From Octopus vulgaris (taxonomy: Eukaryota): a stretch of DNA of 64,000 nt. The notes beneath the pieces were generated by a model. It did no database searches, was not told the origin of the DNA, and was given only the letters and a program-made list of their open reading frames with translations. A program made the position numbers and the translations under genes. This document shows positions 1-12,879 of the stretch, one piece after another (within the stretch, counting starts at the first letter, position 1; every line of letters begins with the position of its first letter). Location: the NCBI GenBank assembly GCA_951406725.2, contig OX597829.1, positions 47,368,001-47,432,000 of the forward strand, written 5' to 3'.

Positions 1-1166
1 ACTGAACCCGGAACCATGTGGTTGGAAAGCAATCTTCTTGCTACAAACACACACACGCACATATATATATATATATATCAATTTCATAATTTAACTATTT
101 GCTTTAATTTAATAATTATCTACGGGTCATCTTTGTACGAATATACCTACGCCCTATGTCCTGTTTTATAAAGGGCTAATACCCTAAAATATATTTTCTT
201 TTCTTTAATGTATTAAGGGTTATGATTTTTCTGCAACTTAGTTATTTCTAGACATTGAACAGGTGACATGAATTTTAATTAACGTGTTTCAGCGACAGTT
301 TTCAACTTGCACGTATGAATTAATACAGGTAGAAATATAATAGACATATGAACTTTTATGCATATTAGTAGTATTTAGTTTTTTTCCCCTGGACGATTCG
401 GTAGCTCCGTAAATTCTATTATCAACCGTCGTCTTTTGTCGCCTGCTCCGTTCTACGTTCCTTCTAACTATATGAAAAATGTTTCAGGTTACCTAGCAAT
501 AAGCAACTATCTTAAAGTGTTGCTTTATTTTTCTCTCCTTTTCTTGACAAGGCTTTCGTCAGCTGAATCTCAATGCATTGTGAAATTATCCATTTGCAGT
601 ATTAGTAAACACATTTGTGCTTTGTATATATACTTGCGTGTCTGTGTCTGCGTGTGTGTGTGTGTGTTTGTGCGCGCGCTCGTGTATGGGATTTAGTTGT
701 GTATATATATATTTGTGTTTATATATTTGTGTGTGTATGTGTGTGTGTGTGTGTGTGTTGATTTAGTTGTGTATATAGATTTGTGCATGTATTTAGTTGT
801 GTTTATTTTAATCAGATAAAGTTTTTCTATCACAACTTGTCGAGGTTTTTGATATTCCATATTTAGGCGTCCCATATCATGGAAAAGGTTTCGGAGGAGA
901 AGGGGAGAAAAAAAAAAGGAACTCTGAGTTAGGGTTTTTTTTTTTTTTTTTTTTCAAAATCGTTATTTTCGATATTCATAATATATTAAATTTTAGGAGT
1001 CAGATGATTACATCCTCGGTAGTTTTTAAAGATAATACGGTGCGGTTTAAGGGAGATTTGGCTGCTACTTCTAGCATGTTAATTAACCTCATAGTTTCTC
1101 TCTATGTATGTGCTACTGAAGTATATGTGTGTGTGTGTGCAAGCAAAAGGGGAATGAGTATTGTTC

Positions 1167-1713
1167 CAGGGGGTCTCAAACATTTTTTTAAAATCTATGG
1201 ACCCCTTTAATTACTATTTTATTCTGGTAGACCCCCATAGCTATTTGTTGTTTAAAAACTAGTTTTATAGAAACGTCTTTCAAATTTCCTGTTTTGTTTT
1301 TCTCACATTAACTTGTGAAGGTTGGACTATGTAAAATGTTAGAGAAGGAAACCTACCTATTTCTTACAACACATACATCTAAGGCAGGGGTTCTCAACCA
1401 TTTTTCATCTATGAACCCCCTTTGATTACTCTTTTATACTGGTGGACCCCCATAGACATTCGATGCTTAAAAACTAGTCTTATAGAAACTCCTTTCAAAA
1501 TTCTTGTTTTGTTTTTCACACATTAACTTGTGTCGGTTGAACAAAGTAAAATGTTACAGAAAGAGACCTAGCTGTTTCTTGCAAGGGCAATACGTACGTC
1601 TACAGTAAATTTTTTCCAGGAGGCCTCAAAATACTATCGTGGATTCCCAATTTACTATTCTTGTTGCCTGGACCCCGCAAAAATCTTATATAGTCCCCGG
1701 TTGAGAGCTATTG
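1167..1713. mobile_element. hAT-type MITE (1385-1713) preceded by a truncated tandem copy (1167-1384)
   Basis: Termini caggggttctcaa ... ttgagagctattg with subterminal ggacccc motifs; 1167-1384 repeats the first ~200 bp of 1385-1600; same family at 50623 and 57935. Confidence 0.75.
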
Positions 1714-2215
1714 GGTTAGACGTTCGTTCATTCATGCTTGGATAGTTATATCGACTCTAAAGAAAAACAAAACTATAAAAAAAATGATTTTCTTTAAATA
1801 TGTACAAAGAATATTTTTTTACTCTTTGTATTAAGTTTTGTAGTCGATTCAAATAAATTAGTTGGAAATATTTCCAATAGTTCTAGCTTGTAATGATTGA
1901 GCGAGCAGCGGAACATGTAGTGATTAAAACTAAACAGCTAAATCTCCATAGAACAATACTCATTCTTCTTTCTAACATTTCAAATGTCAGAAGAAAGCGC
2001 CACATTAAATAATGTACCTATTAGATAGTTTCAATACATAATGCGGGGTGGCCACAGCTGCAATAACTTTCTGAATTTTGTTTCTGCTCGATCACAACTG
2101 ACCTGTGACAAATTTCAACAGGCATATTGATTTCGTTATAGAAAAATCTGATAATTTGTTTTTGTTTACACATTATCGCATGGTGTAAGTTCTGCGTGTG
2201 TTCTTCATGCAACAG

Positions 2216-2284
2216 GCGGCTGCTGCTGCATTAGCTCTTGAATTAAGAGCATTAAACAAAGGGAGTGGGGAAAGCACAAAATAA
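2216..2284 (+). CDS. Possible terminal coding exon, AAAAALALELRALNKGSGESTK*
   Basis: Acceptor-like gtgttcttcatgcaacag|G, open frame to TAA in unique sequence; no homolog recognised. Confidence 0.25.
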   Translation, partial: AAAAALALELRALNKGSGESTK

Positions 2285-2328
2285 TAATATTTTCCCCCTG
2301 GTGCCAAAAGCTAATTGAAGAAACATTC

Positions 2329-2480
2329 AGGCGCGTGGTAAGCAGCTTAATTCCTAACCACATAGATCCGGGTTCAGTTCCACTGTGTGGAACTCCGAGC
2401 AAGTGTCTTCTACTATCCCAGGGTTGACCAAAGCTTTGTGAGTGGATCTGGTAGTCGGAAACTGAAAAAAGCCCATCGAA
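2329..2480 (+). mobile_element. SINE-A 5' half (tRNA-like head)
   Basis: ggttcagttcc B-box, gcaagtgtcttctact, ggaaactgaaa, ending in a TA/TACA repeat. Confidence 0.8.
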
Positions 2481-2516
2481 TATATATATATACATATATA
2501 CATACAATACATACAT

Positions 2517-2750
2517 ACTCTCTTACTCTTTTACTTGTTTCAGTCAGTTGACTGTGGCCATGCTGGAGCACTGCCTCTAGTCGAGCAAATCGACCCCAGG
2601 ACTTATTGTTTGTAAGCCTAGTACTTATTCTATCGGTCTATTTTGCCGAACCGCTAAGTTACGGGGACGTAAACACACCACCATCGGTCGTCAAGCGATG
2701 TTGGAGGGACAAAGACACACACAAACATACACACACACACACGCATACGC
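2517..2750 (-). mobile_element. SINE-A 3' half
   Basis: ctcttttacttgtttcagtca...gccgaaccgctaag...(CA)n; matches the full copies. Confidence 0.85.
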
Positions 2751-3121
2751 GCGAAGAACCTTTTAAGGCCCCTCGTAGATCTCTGCCTGAATTTTTTTAA
2801 TTTCTTTTTATTTTTGTGTGTGTGTGTGTGCGTGTCCGTCCGTCCCACCTCTGCTTGATTGTGGTTTGTTTATCTCCTAGTAACGTAACGATTCGGCAAA
2901 AGGAAACGGTAGTACTAGATTTAAAAAAGAAAAGAAGTACTGGGGTCGACTTAAGGCACTGCCCTAGCATGACCGCACTCCAATATTAAATTAATTGTTC
3001 AGTCCTAACTCTTAGATTAATCCTGAGACGAAAACGGGTCATAATACGTGCGCGCGCGCATTTTCTTCTCTGATCTTCGCGAGTGAAATCTCTGGACAGC
3101 CAACTGTTTATGAAGAACTAT

Positions 3122-3380
3122 TACTCTTTACTCTCTTTTACTTGTTTCAGTCATTTGACTGCGGCCATGCTGGAGCACCGCCTTTTAGTCGAGCAAATCG
3201 ACCCCGGGACTTATTCTTTGTAAGCCCAGTACTTATTCTATCGGTCTCTTTTGCCGAACCGCTAAATGACGGGGACGTAAACACACCAGCATCGGTTGTC
3301 AAGCAATGCTAGGGGGACAAACACAGACACACAAACATATACACACACAATTATATTTATATATACATATATATACGACA
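3122..3380 (-). mobile_element. SINE-A 3' half, broken just past the internal microsatellite
   Basis: Near-identical to 30750-31020; similarity stops at tatacgacag. Confidence 0.9.
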
Positions 3381-3614
3381 GTTGCATAATTATATTTGCA
3401 TGCTTATTTGTATGAGGTTTATTATGAATGTTTTCATGACAAATAACTGTCTGTCTATCGTGTTTTCATCATTATGGTGGAACCGGTTCCTTACTCACAG
3501 CAAACTTGTGTTTACTTCGGTTCCACCTTCCATCCACCATTTCACGTTGAATTTGTTTTTAAGTATTCAGTCTGAGCTGATCCGTCCGCATCAGTTCAAC
3601 GCCTTTTGATGTTA

Positions 3615-3790
3615 CATACATATATACATACATGCACACATGCACACACACATACATACATACACACATACACACATACACACATACATACATACATACA
3701 TACATACATACATACATACATACATACATACATACATACGCACTGATACACACATACATACGCACTCATACATACATACATACATACATT
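3615..3790. repeat. (TACA)n/(CA)n microsatellite
   Basis: Read directly. Confidence 0.95.
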
Positions 3791-3827
3791 CGTAAATTGA
3801 AAATTTACTCGTACATTCGTTCCTATG

Positions 3828-3995
3828 TATTTTCAGTCATTGGACAGCGACCATACTAGGATGCTGCTCCGAAGTATTTTAGTCGAACGAATCGATGCCA
3901 GGACTTATTCTATCGGTTCAACATGCTGAACCGCTAAGTTACGAGTATGTAAACAAACGAACACCGGTTGTCAAGCGGTGATGAGGCACAAAGAT

Positions 3996-4028
<33 letters not shown>

Positions 4029-4150
4029 CACACGACGAGCTTCTTTCAGTCTCCCTCTACCAACAGCCCGAGTCTATAGTGGAAGACACTTATCCAAGGT
4101 GCCATTCAGTGGGACTGAACCCGGAGCCACGCTGCAAGAAGGCACGCTAC
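3828..4150 (-). mobile_element. SINE-A, degenerate
   Basis: gaaccgctaagttacg, gaagacactt, gtgggactgaaccc landmarks. Confidence 0.75.
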
Positions 4151-5294
4151 TTGCCTCTATATTTCGATCTCTAACGGTTTTGATGATGGTATTTTGGTGT
4201 TCGAACAGGTGAATTACTTCTCGCTTATTGAATAAAATCGCAAGTGCCTGACTGTCTCACAAACGCGTGTGGCCTTTAATGTAATTCTCAAATGGGAAAT
4301 CAGTATGATAGATACCCTGCCTGCAAAATCTGAAGCTTGCGTCTACAACCTATTCAGCGGACTTCCACACAGTTTCCGTCAATCCATTTTCAATTCGCAT
4401 AGATTTGAGTCGATTCGAGTAATCGTATAAAAAAAAAAACAACAACACTGGCCTAAGATTGACCACGTAATGACTTGGATCCCTGATCTTGTGACTGAGA
4501 ATCAACGTTGTTACTCTTTCGGTCGTGTGTTTGTGTATTTAATTGTATGTAGCTTTTCTTCTGATTGCTTCCGTGGTTGCTTATTTAGACTCTGCTCAGC
4601 TCAGCCCTAATTGACAGCTTACGATCAAAGGCATTTCAATTATGATCGTCTGTGTGTGTGTGTGTGTGTGTATGTATATCCCTTCCGGGTTTGCTAAACG
4701 GATCCCAATTACGTGCCAACCTGAGTGTGGCCTGAAATTAGAAATCGGCCGCATTGTCTTGCTACCAAAAATTGGTTATTATAATTAGCTCCAGTTACAT
4801 TCCTTACACTTTATTCTCTACTGCAGAAAAAAAAAAAAAAAAAATTGGACGAAGCCTGGATTTTGTCGTGGCTGAGACTCGTATTAAAATTAGATATTAC
4901 ACACATATAGGTTGATCGCGAGTTAGTAGAAGACAAATGCCCAAGGTGCCACGCAGTGGAATTGAATCCGGAACCGTGTGGTTGAGCAGCAAGCTTCTTA
5001 CCACACAGCCACGTCTGCGCCTATAATGTATTTTATTCTTCTAGGCGGTGCCCCCAGCCTGGCCGCAGTCCGATGACTGAAACAAGTAAAAGATAAAAGA
5101 TCTCTAGTGGTAACTAATACAATAAGGCTCTTTCAAGTGACAGCAAATTGGTAGTAATCATTTCGATTGACAATTAATCGCTAATACAAAATTTTACCTG
5201 TGCGTGTGTGTATGTGTGTGTGTGTGCGTGTGTTATAAAAGAAATAACTTCAATTTCTGTGGTTGACACAAAGGACTTTTGTATAAATACGAAA

Positions 5295-5878
5295 ATTGAA
5301 ACAAGTCCGTCGTATATATGTGTGTGTGTACGTGTGTCTCTACCCCCCCCCCCATCGCTTGACAACCGACAGAATAAGTCCTGGGCGAGCTGGCAGAAAC
5401 GTTAGCGCACCGGGCGAAATGCTCAGCGGTATTTCGTCTGCCGTTACGTTCTGAGTTCAAATTCCGCCGAGGTCGACTTTACCTTTCATCCTTTCGGGGT
5501 CGATAAATTAAGTACCAGTTACGCACTGGGGTCGATATAATCGACTTAATCCGTTTGTCTGTCCTTGTTTGTCCTCTCTGTGTTTAGCCCCTTGTGGCTA
5601 GTAAAGAAATAGGTATTTCGCCTGTCGATACGTTCTGAGTTCAAATTCCGTCGAGGTCGACTTTGCCTTTCATCCTTTCGGGATCGATTAAATAAGTACC
5701 AGTTACGCACTGGGATCGATTTAATCTGTTTGTCTGTCCTTGTTTGTCCCCTCTGTGTGTAGCCCCTTGTGGGTAGTAAAGAAATAAGAATAAGTCCTGG
5801 GGTCAATTTCTTCGGCTAAAGGCGGTGCTCCTGCTCGGCCGAAGTCAAATAACTGAAACAAGTAAAAGAATAAAAGAA
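5295..5878 (+). mobile_element. SINE-A 3' part interrupted by the SINE-B dimer at 5384-5786
   Basis: catcgcttgacaaccga...agaataagtcctg | insert | agaataagtcctggggtc...gaaacaagtaaaagaat. Confidence 0.8.
5384..5786 (+). mobile_element. SINE-B dimer (tRNA head, Meta-domain-like body)
   Basis: ggcgagctggcagaa A-box region, gagttcaaatt B-box, gcctttcatcctttcggggtcgataaattaagtacc; 13-bp TSD agaataagtcctg at 5371-5383 and 5787-5799; junction at 5612. Confidence 0.9.
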
Positions 5879-6236
5879 TGTGTATATATATATATATAAT
5901 TTTACTAGCGTAGCCAAATACCTGCTGTGGTCGTACGATATTTATGCAAGATGGGGCCAGTGCGGTTTTGCAGTTTATGTATTGGGTAGGAGTGTGGAAA
6001 ACTCAGTTACGAAAGTTGGGGGTAAAATGTAAGAAACTTAAAATATGGGGAAAATATTTTTCAGAATTTTAATTTCCTTGGAAGCAAAACAGAATTTACT
6101 GGGAAAGCGAAAAAAGAAGATAAAAATCTCTCTCCTTTCTCTGTCTGATTGTTGTTATTCTAAAACCCTGCCCTGATTAGTTATGCGAACTCACATATTG
6201 AATATTAACATGTATGAAAAATTACGGCTCTCGGAG

Positions 6237-6403
6237 CAGGGCAGTCTCAGTCGCGTTATAGGCCCTGGGGTAAGACAATGCACTGGGTTCTATATTTATT
6301 TATTGACAGTAGGCTACAGCATACATAGACTAGTATTGGAATCCCACGTTCATACGTAGTCCAAGGTGACTGTCCAATTTATCTATGTCCTATGACGGCT
6401 CTG
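6237..6403. mobile_element. Short hAT-like MITE, degenerate
   Basis: Ends cagggcagtc ... gacggctctg; 8-bp flanks tctcggag / cttcgaag partly match. Confidence 0.4.
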
Positions 6404-6920
6404 CTTCGAAGCCATGCACATTAACTCGTATTTTCCTTTTGCACAATTTCACTGACAAGGGTTTGTGTAGACATGGTGCCATGGTTAAAAGTTCTACACG
6501 AGTTGAACAGTGAGAACGAATAACCTCCCGCCCCAGCACGCCCCCGCCTCACATAATGGTGAAGCGAACAATTATCGAAAACCGCTGGAATCAATATGGT
6601 CGCTCAGCCCACTGTAAAAAAAAAAAGGAACAACCGTTTCTCCCTGAAAGTTCATCCGCTAGTCCCTAAAAATTGGTTATGTTTTTGATATAATGTTACT
6701 ACAGCTGAACATCTTCGAGCGTCGTCTTTTCCTATTAGAGCTTCTCTAATGCTAAACAAACTTAATGAAACCAGTTGGGTTCATAAATATTCTGAATTTT
6801 AGATGTACATGTGATCTATATTTGTTTATTCACGCACACACACGCACTCATATGCATATACATATGTATACAACATGTACATGCGCATCTTGTACTTTTT
6901 GTGTATGCTTGTTGGCAGGT

Positions 6921-6975
<55 letters not shown>

Positions 6976-7494
6976 CATACATACATATACACATACACAC
7001 ACACACGCCTACCTATCTATATAATCAAACTGAATATATTCATGAACACGTGTATATGTGATTCTTATCGCTGGTGACACAAATACAATGTAATGTACAG
7101 ATACGGGCAAGCACACTTTTTACAACATACATCATATACAGATATAGTCCTAAAGCAATCAACCACCAACACCCCCACATACACACACACACAAACATTC
7201 TGCTTCAGGCAATTGCTCATTTGTATCCACTTTGCTATATATTTAGCATCCGCACGAAATCCAAATGGCACTATTTGAAGTAACAATGGTAAAGCAATTT
7301 ATTTAACCCCGGGTTAATTACTGGACAAATTTATACTCTAAGACCATCTCATCACTTTAGGGGGTACTTAAAACTGTATCCTTTAATGTACCCTACACGT
7401 AAGATGGTGGGTTTAATTTAAGGAAAGATTTTACTAACTTTTTTGCCTAAGGCAAAAACGATGTGGTTGTGGTAGTTTTTGATATTAAATTAAC

Positions 7495-7657
7495 AGGCGC
7501 AGGAGTGGCTGTGTGGTAAGTAGCCTGCTTACCAACCACACGGTTCCGGGTTCAGTCCCACTGCGTGGCACCTTGGGCAAGTGTCTTCTACTATAGCCTC
7601 GGGCCGACCAAAGCCTTGTGAGTGGATTTGGTAGACGGAAACTGAAAGAAGCCTGTC

Positions 7658-7711
<54 letters not shown>

Positions 7712-7924
7712 TTGTGTTTGTCTCCCCAACATCGCTTGACAACCGATGCTGGTATGTTTACGTCCCCGTTACTTAGCAGTTCGGCAAAAGAGACCGATAG
7801 AATAAGTACTATGTTTACAAAGAATAAGACCTGGGGGTCGATTTTCTCGTTTAAAAGGCGGTGCTCCAGCATGGCCGCAGTCAAATGATTGAAACAAGTA
7901 AAAAAAAAGAAAGAAAGAAAGAAA
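7495..7924 (+). mobile_element. SINE-A full length
   Basis: aggcgcaggagtggctgtgtggtaag (A-box), ggttcagtccc (B-box), CORE-like ccttgggcaagtg, internal (TA)n, tail ...gaaacaagtaaaa. Confidence 0.92.
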
Positions 7925-8337
7925 GTATGCATGGTAATGAGCATCTATGCTATTTAATTTGATGAAAAGAAGAAATATAACTTTAAGCAGCATCTCTACA
8001 CGTGACTGAGACAAAAGTACCTAGATGGCGCCTAGCTATAGATAGATAGATTGATTGGTTGATTTTAATCGGAAACGAAATTCAGTCGAACAGTGTGAAA
8101 TTCTGCTACTTAGCACTTCCATTAATTCTTAATGAACGAAGATCTAATCTGATTGTTAGACATTAATGCTGGATATTGCGATATTGCTAAACATTTAAAT
8201 CGATGTAGTCCCATTCCGCTAAGCTCAGCGGTACAAGGTCTTTTTAGCTTCAAAGCACTCAGGAAATATATAATAATTTAAGAAAATGTAAATATAGAAA
8301 ACTGTTGTTTATCTTTGTTTTATTAACCATAATTGTG

Positions 8338-8660
8338 AAGGCATATGGCTCAGTGGTTAGAGCGTCGGGCTTGCAATCATGTGATAGTGAGTTCGATTCC
8401 TGTTGTGTTCTATAGCAAGACACTTTATTTTACGTTGATCCAGTTCCGAGCAGTTCTCAGAGTTGTGACGTCACTGATGCCAAGCTGTATCGGCCTTTGC
8501 TTTTCCCTTTGGATGACACCAGTGGCGTGAAGAGGAGAGGCTGGTATGCATGGGTAACTGCTGATCTTCCATGAAAAAAAACCTTTCTTGGATTTGTGCC
8601 TTGGAGGGGAACTTTCTAGGTGCAATCCCATGGTCATTCATAACCGAAGAGGGTCTTTAT
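8338..8660 (+). mobile_element. tRNA-derived SINE (head shared with 19185, different tail)
   Basis: tggctcagtggttagagc A-box, gagttcgattcc B-box, CORE-like gttgtgttctatagcaagacactt. Confidence 0.75.
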
Positions 8661-9418
8661 TTGTGTCAACAAAATTATGATTAGCACAGTTTTCGAGATG
8701 TTAGCTGTACGTTAGAATGGATTATCTTAAACCTAACACTTTTTAAAAGCTGGGTGCGCTTTGCAACGAATTGTTTGAGAATCGCTGCACAAACTTTTGG
8801 TAATAATTTAAGGAACTTCTACGCAATGGCTCGAACTACTAGGAATAGTAATCAATATCCCTTAAATCACAACCCAAAGTTTTCAAAACGATTCATAGCA
8901 AAATATACTGGACAATGTAGTCCCAAATAATGATATCTGCTTAATCAAATTTGGCGAGGTTAAACGAAAAATCATACAGGTTCGTGTGTCACATAGGTAG
9001 CTAGAGGGGATGGCCTCTTGGAGCTAATCAACGGCAGCATTCGTCCTTTATTTCTGGACTGCCATATTAGATTGGTGATAACTATTACTATTCAGTACCG
9101 CTGCCGTAGTCTCCTTTCGAGAGACTTAGAAATATTAATATTTCTACATCCAGTTAAAGTTATATATTAATTTAGTATTAGCTGTTGATCATCTGTTTAC
9201 TTTGGTCTTTTAAGTTTTGCATTTGCCGTTTTCTTTTTCCAAGACACTAGTTTCGGTCCTTGACTCCTGGTATTAGTTTTCTGAGTGAGTGAAAAGATCG
9301 TTTGGTGAACTACATAATTTGAAAGGACATCCTACATCTTGTCACGTCTCTTCTGTTTCTGCTTGAAGATTACATTCATTAAATATAGGTGTAACCTGTG
9401 GAATACTCGCTCAGTCAG

Positions 9419-9804
9419 GAGGCGCAATGGCCCAGTGGTTAAGGCAGCGGACTCGCGGTCGTAGGATCGCGGTTTCGATTCCCAGACCGGGCGTTGTGAG
9501 TGTTTATTGAGCGAGAACACACAAAAGCTCCACGAGGCTCCGGCAGGGGATGGTGGTGATCCCTGCTGTACTCTTTCACCACAACTTTCTCTCACTCTTA
9601 CTTCCTGTTTCTGTTGTACCTGTATTTCAAAGGGCCGGCCTTGTCACTCTCTGTGTCACGCTGAATATCCCCGAGAACTACGTTAAGGGTACACGTGTCT
9701 GTGGAGTGCTCAGCCACTTACACGTTAATTTCACGAGCAGGCTGTTCCGTTGATTCGGATCAACCAGTACCCTCGTCGTCGTGACCGACGGAGTGCTTCC
9801 ATCC
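9419..9804 (+). mobile_element. tRNA(Arg-like)-derived SINE, full length with TSD
   Basis: tggcccagtggttaagg / gtttcgattccc boxes, ctcgc loop; perfect 14-bp TSD actcgctcagtcag at 9405-9418 and 9805-9818. Confidence 0.88.
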
Positions 9805-10692
9805 ACTCGCTCAGTCAGTCGATGGATCAGTTGATCAAACTAAACGTGAGGCCGCGCGCGCGCGTGTGTGTGTGTGTTTTAAAAATAAAGTGGAAAAGAA
9901 TGGAAGCGGCAGGAACCAAACCTAATTATTCAATGATTATTGCTGTTAAGTTAAAGTAACTCGAGAAATAGACACCACAAGGAGTGTGACTACTTCATAT
10001 GACTAAACTTGCTTTTGTTCAGCTTTTGTTGTCCGAGTGGAATCGTAGGAAGGAAACGTGTGAACATGTGTGTGAACGTATGCGTAATCCATTGAGAAAC
10101 AGGAATACATTTCTAGTGATTTAAATTATGATGATAAATTCGTTTTTGACGAGGAGTAAGTGATCATCGTATTTCTTATGTTTAAATGAAAATGGCGACG
10201 TAGTGACGTTTTTTTTTTTTTTTTGTCTTTTATCTGAAGTAATGAACGACAATAGATGAAGGAAATAGTTTCCACAGAATGAAAAAAAAACCCGTCAGTG
10301 TCGGCTCTCTGATAACGCTAACCTAGTTTTGCCGCGTGTCACGGAAGATTAAGTCTTTGAATTTGCTTGTCATACTCTTTGGAAATAATAACACCTGTTT
10401 GTTCCTTTTTATGCCCTTCGTTTATTTAACTGTAGTTAGAGTCTGATGAAGTGTGTGCTACTTCACGCCGGTATAGAAAGACACTGCAACTGAGTATTGT
10501 CAAGCCCCCACCGACAAAACTTGATATAATAATAGTGTGAGAGTGTACACATCAAAACTATGCAATCATGGATCCTCGCAGCTTTTCAGACTAAGCATCA
10601 ATATTATTTAAATTGTACCCACTTTTCTTTTGCCTTGAGATATTAGGGCGTGATTTAAATTGAATCTAGTATCTTTCTCTAACAAGTTAAAC

Positions 10693-10915
10693 CAGTGCTA
10701 CACAAAGTGGTGGTCCGCGGACCGGTGCCAGTCCGCTGCTGGTACGCGATGAGTCTCCACAAAAGAAACCAACATTACAAAATGCTTATGTAATATTGTA
10801 TTATTTGTTTACAAAATAAATATAAGATTTAAAAAATTGTCGACTTTTATTATATTCACTATATATATTTTTTTCGGTATAAATTAATATTACTAAGAAA
10901 TATTACCGGTTCCAC
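10693..10915. mobile_element. hAT-Charlie-like MITE, left part
   Basis: cagtgctacacaaagtggtggtccgcggaccggtgcc terminus; cut off by SINE-B at 10926. Confidence 0.55.
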
Positions 10916-10925
10916 ACGAAATACC

Positions 10926-11084
10926 TATTTCTTTACTACCCACAAGGGACTAAACACAGAGAGGACAAACAAGGACAGGCAGACGGATTAAGTCGATTAT
11001 ATCAACCCCAGTGCGTAACTGGTACTTATTTAATCGACCCCGAAAGGATGCAAGGCAAAGTCGACCTCGGCGGAATTTGAACTC
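10926..11084 (-). mobile_element. SINE-B, 5'-truncated
   Basis: Reverse complement of body plus tail type 1. Confidence 0.9.
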
Positions 11085-11370
11085 AATATTAGATGTTGTT
11101 TGATCCCATGTTTGTTCTGTGAAAGCAGAGCTGTAATGAAAGCCGTTCTAGTTATGACCTTAACTGTCTTTTTCATGAAAGACAGTGAGGTATAATGAAA
11201 TCAAGCGTGACTGCCGTGTCCAGTAAGTCAAAGCAAGATAAAAAAAAAATCTTGCTCTTTGTGTTCTGGTCACAGCTGGTCAGTCTTTTCCAGACCAAAT
11301 TTGGATTACATAATTCAATTGCATTTTAACCAAAAGTATTTAATTTTGAGAAGGCGTGTACAGCCAATAT

Positions 11371-11601
11371 TTTTTTTCTTTATTACCCACAAGGGGCTAA
11401 ACATAGAGGGGACAAACAAGGACAGACATAGGTATTAAGTCGATTACATCGACCCCAGTGCGTAAACTGGTACTTAATTTATCGACCCCGAAAGGATTAA
11501 AGGCAAATTCGACCTCGGCGGAATTTGAACTCAGAACGTAACGGCAGACGAAATACGGCTATGCATTTCGCCCGGCGTGCTAACGTTTCTGCCAGCTCGC
11601 C
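11371..11601 (-). mobile_element. SINE-B full length with TSD
   Basis: 15-bp TSD gtgtacagccaatat at 11356-11370 and 11604-11618. Confidence 0.92.
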
Positions 11602-11857
11602 TTGTGTACAGCCAATATGGCTACCCAACTGGACTGCCACTAAGATCGTGGTTGGGTTGTTTTCATGCACAAGGTACTTTACTGACCTGCTTCAAACTCA
11701 TCACACAGATATGAGTATTAACTTACAGATCGCTTGACGGGCGTTAAGTTAGTTTAGCGATATTGTTGATGAGTCATAAGTGTGACTAAAAAACCTTCAA
11801 GCAAATGGAAATAAATTCAACAGTGACTATTGTACTACGTGGTGTCTTTATTACTAA

Positions 11858-12330
11858 TGAGCTGGCATTCGTTAGCTCGTCGGACTAAATGCTTAGCGGC
11901 ATTTCGTCCGTCCTTACCTTCCGAGTTCAAATCCCGCCTAAGTCGACTTTGCCTTTCATCCATTTCGGGGTCGATAAATTAAGTACCAATTGAAAACTGG
12001 AGTCGATGTAATCCACAAATCCCCTCCCTCAAAAAATTTCAGACCTTGTGCCTATAGCAGAAAGGATTATTATAATTATTATTATTATTTTTATTATTAT
12101 TATTATTATTATTGGCAAGATGGCAGAATCTTTAGTGTATCGGACGAAATGCTTAGAAACATTTCTTCCGGTTCAAGGCATTCTGAATTCAAATACGGCT
12201 GCGGTGAACTTTGCCTTTTTCATTCATTCGGGGTCGATAAATTTCAATGCCAGCCAAGTACTGGGTCCATAGTATCAACTTGCACCCTCCCCTCAAAAAA
12301 AAGCTACCCCTGTGCCTAAATGAGAAGCCC
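11858..12330 (+). mobile_element. Two older SINE-B copies (tail type 2) head-to-tail, separated by (ATT)n
   Basis: Body motifs plus tail ...aaatttcagaccttgtgcctatagcagaaaggattatt. Confidence 0.8.
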
Positions 12331-12615
12331 TTATTATTTTAGTTCCAACGACCCCGTAGAGGCTTTCTCGTCAGATAATTTGGCTGTCCTCACCCACACG
12401 TTGTTTTGTTTTGGTTTTTTTCCCCTTTTCCTAGAGATTAATTCAGCTGTTATAACTAATGGCCTACTTGTTTATTTTTTTAAGCTTGTATTTTCTTTCG
12501 TGTGCCTGTTGAGTGATCCATTCACATCTTGTAAATAAATACACTTTATTATTTCACGCTCGACCTGCAAGAAATACCAGTCAAATCTCCCTCGTTTTAC
12601 AGCTTAATTGTTTTC

Positions 12616-12647
<32 letters not shown>

Positions 12648-12649
12648 TA

Positions 12650-12865
12650 ATTCTTTTATTGGCCACAAGGGCTGACAAAAATTAATCATAACATAAAGGG
12701 ACAAAACACAGGACAAAAGTTACAAAGGGTTTTGTCCGTTTGTAAAAAACCGTGTAAAAACTGTGTAACAACGAAAATTTATAACAACGAAAAACTCCCA
12801 ATAGGGGTGTGTGTGCGTTACGAAAGATTCCTGGTGGAAAAGCCCATAAAAGCCACGGGAGCATA
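12650..12865 (-). mobile_element. Probable 3' end of the non-LTR retrotransposon that shares the SINE-B tail
   Basis: Minus strand ends tgtcctgtgttttgtcccttt...agcccttgtggccaataaaagaa, homologous to SINE-B tail 1, but the upstream sequence is unrelated to the SINE. Confidence 0.6.
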
Positions 12866-12879
12866 AGTCATATAATATT

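Noticed and set aside
5903-6710. Helitron suggested by actag near a weak hairpin
   Set aside because: Hairpin unconvincing, no matching opposite end and no second copy in the window
7485-7944. Recurrent peptides such as RQASFSFRLPNPLTRLWSARGYSRRHLPKVPRSGTEPG in many ORFs
   Set aside because: Antisense translation of the non-coding SINE-A head, not a gene family
9419-9495. tRNA-Arg gene
   Set aside because: A and B boxes are present but the acceptor stem is not intact and the unit continues ~310 bp to a TSD: it is a SINE head
10440-10485. ctgatga...gaaa as a hammerhead
   Set aside because: No coherent helix II adjacent to GAAA and no helix I/III pairing
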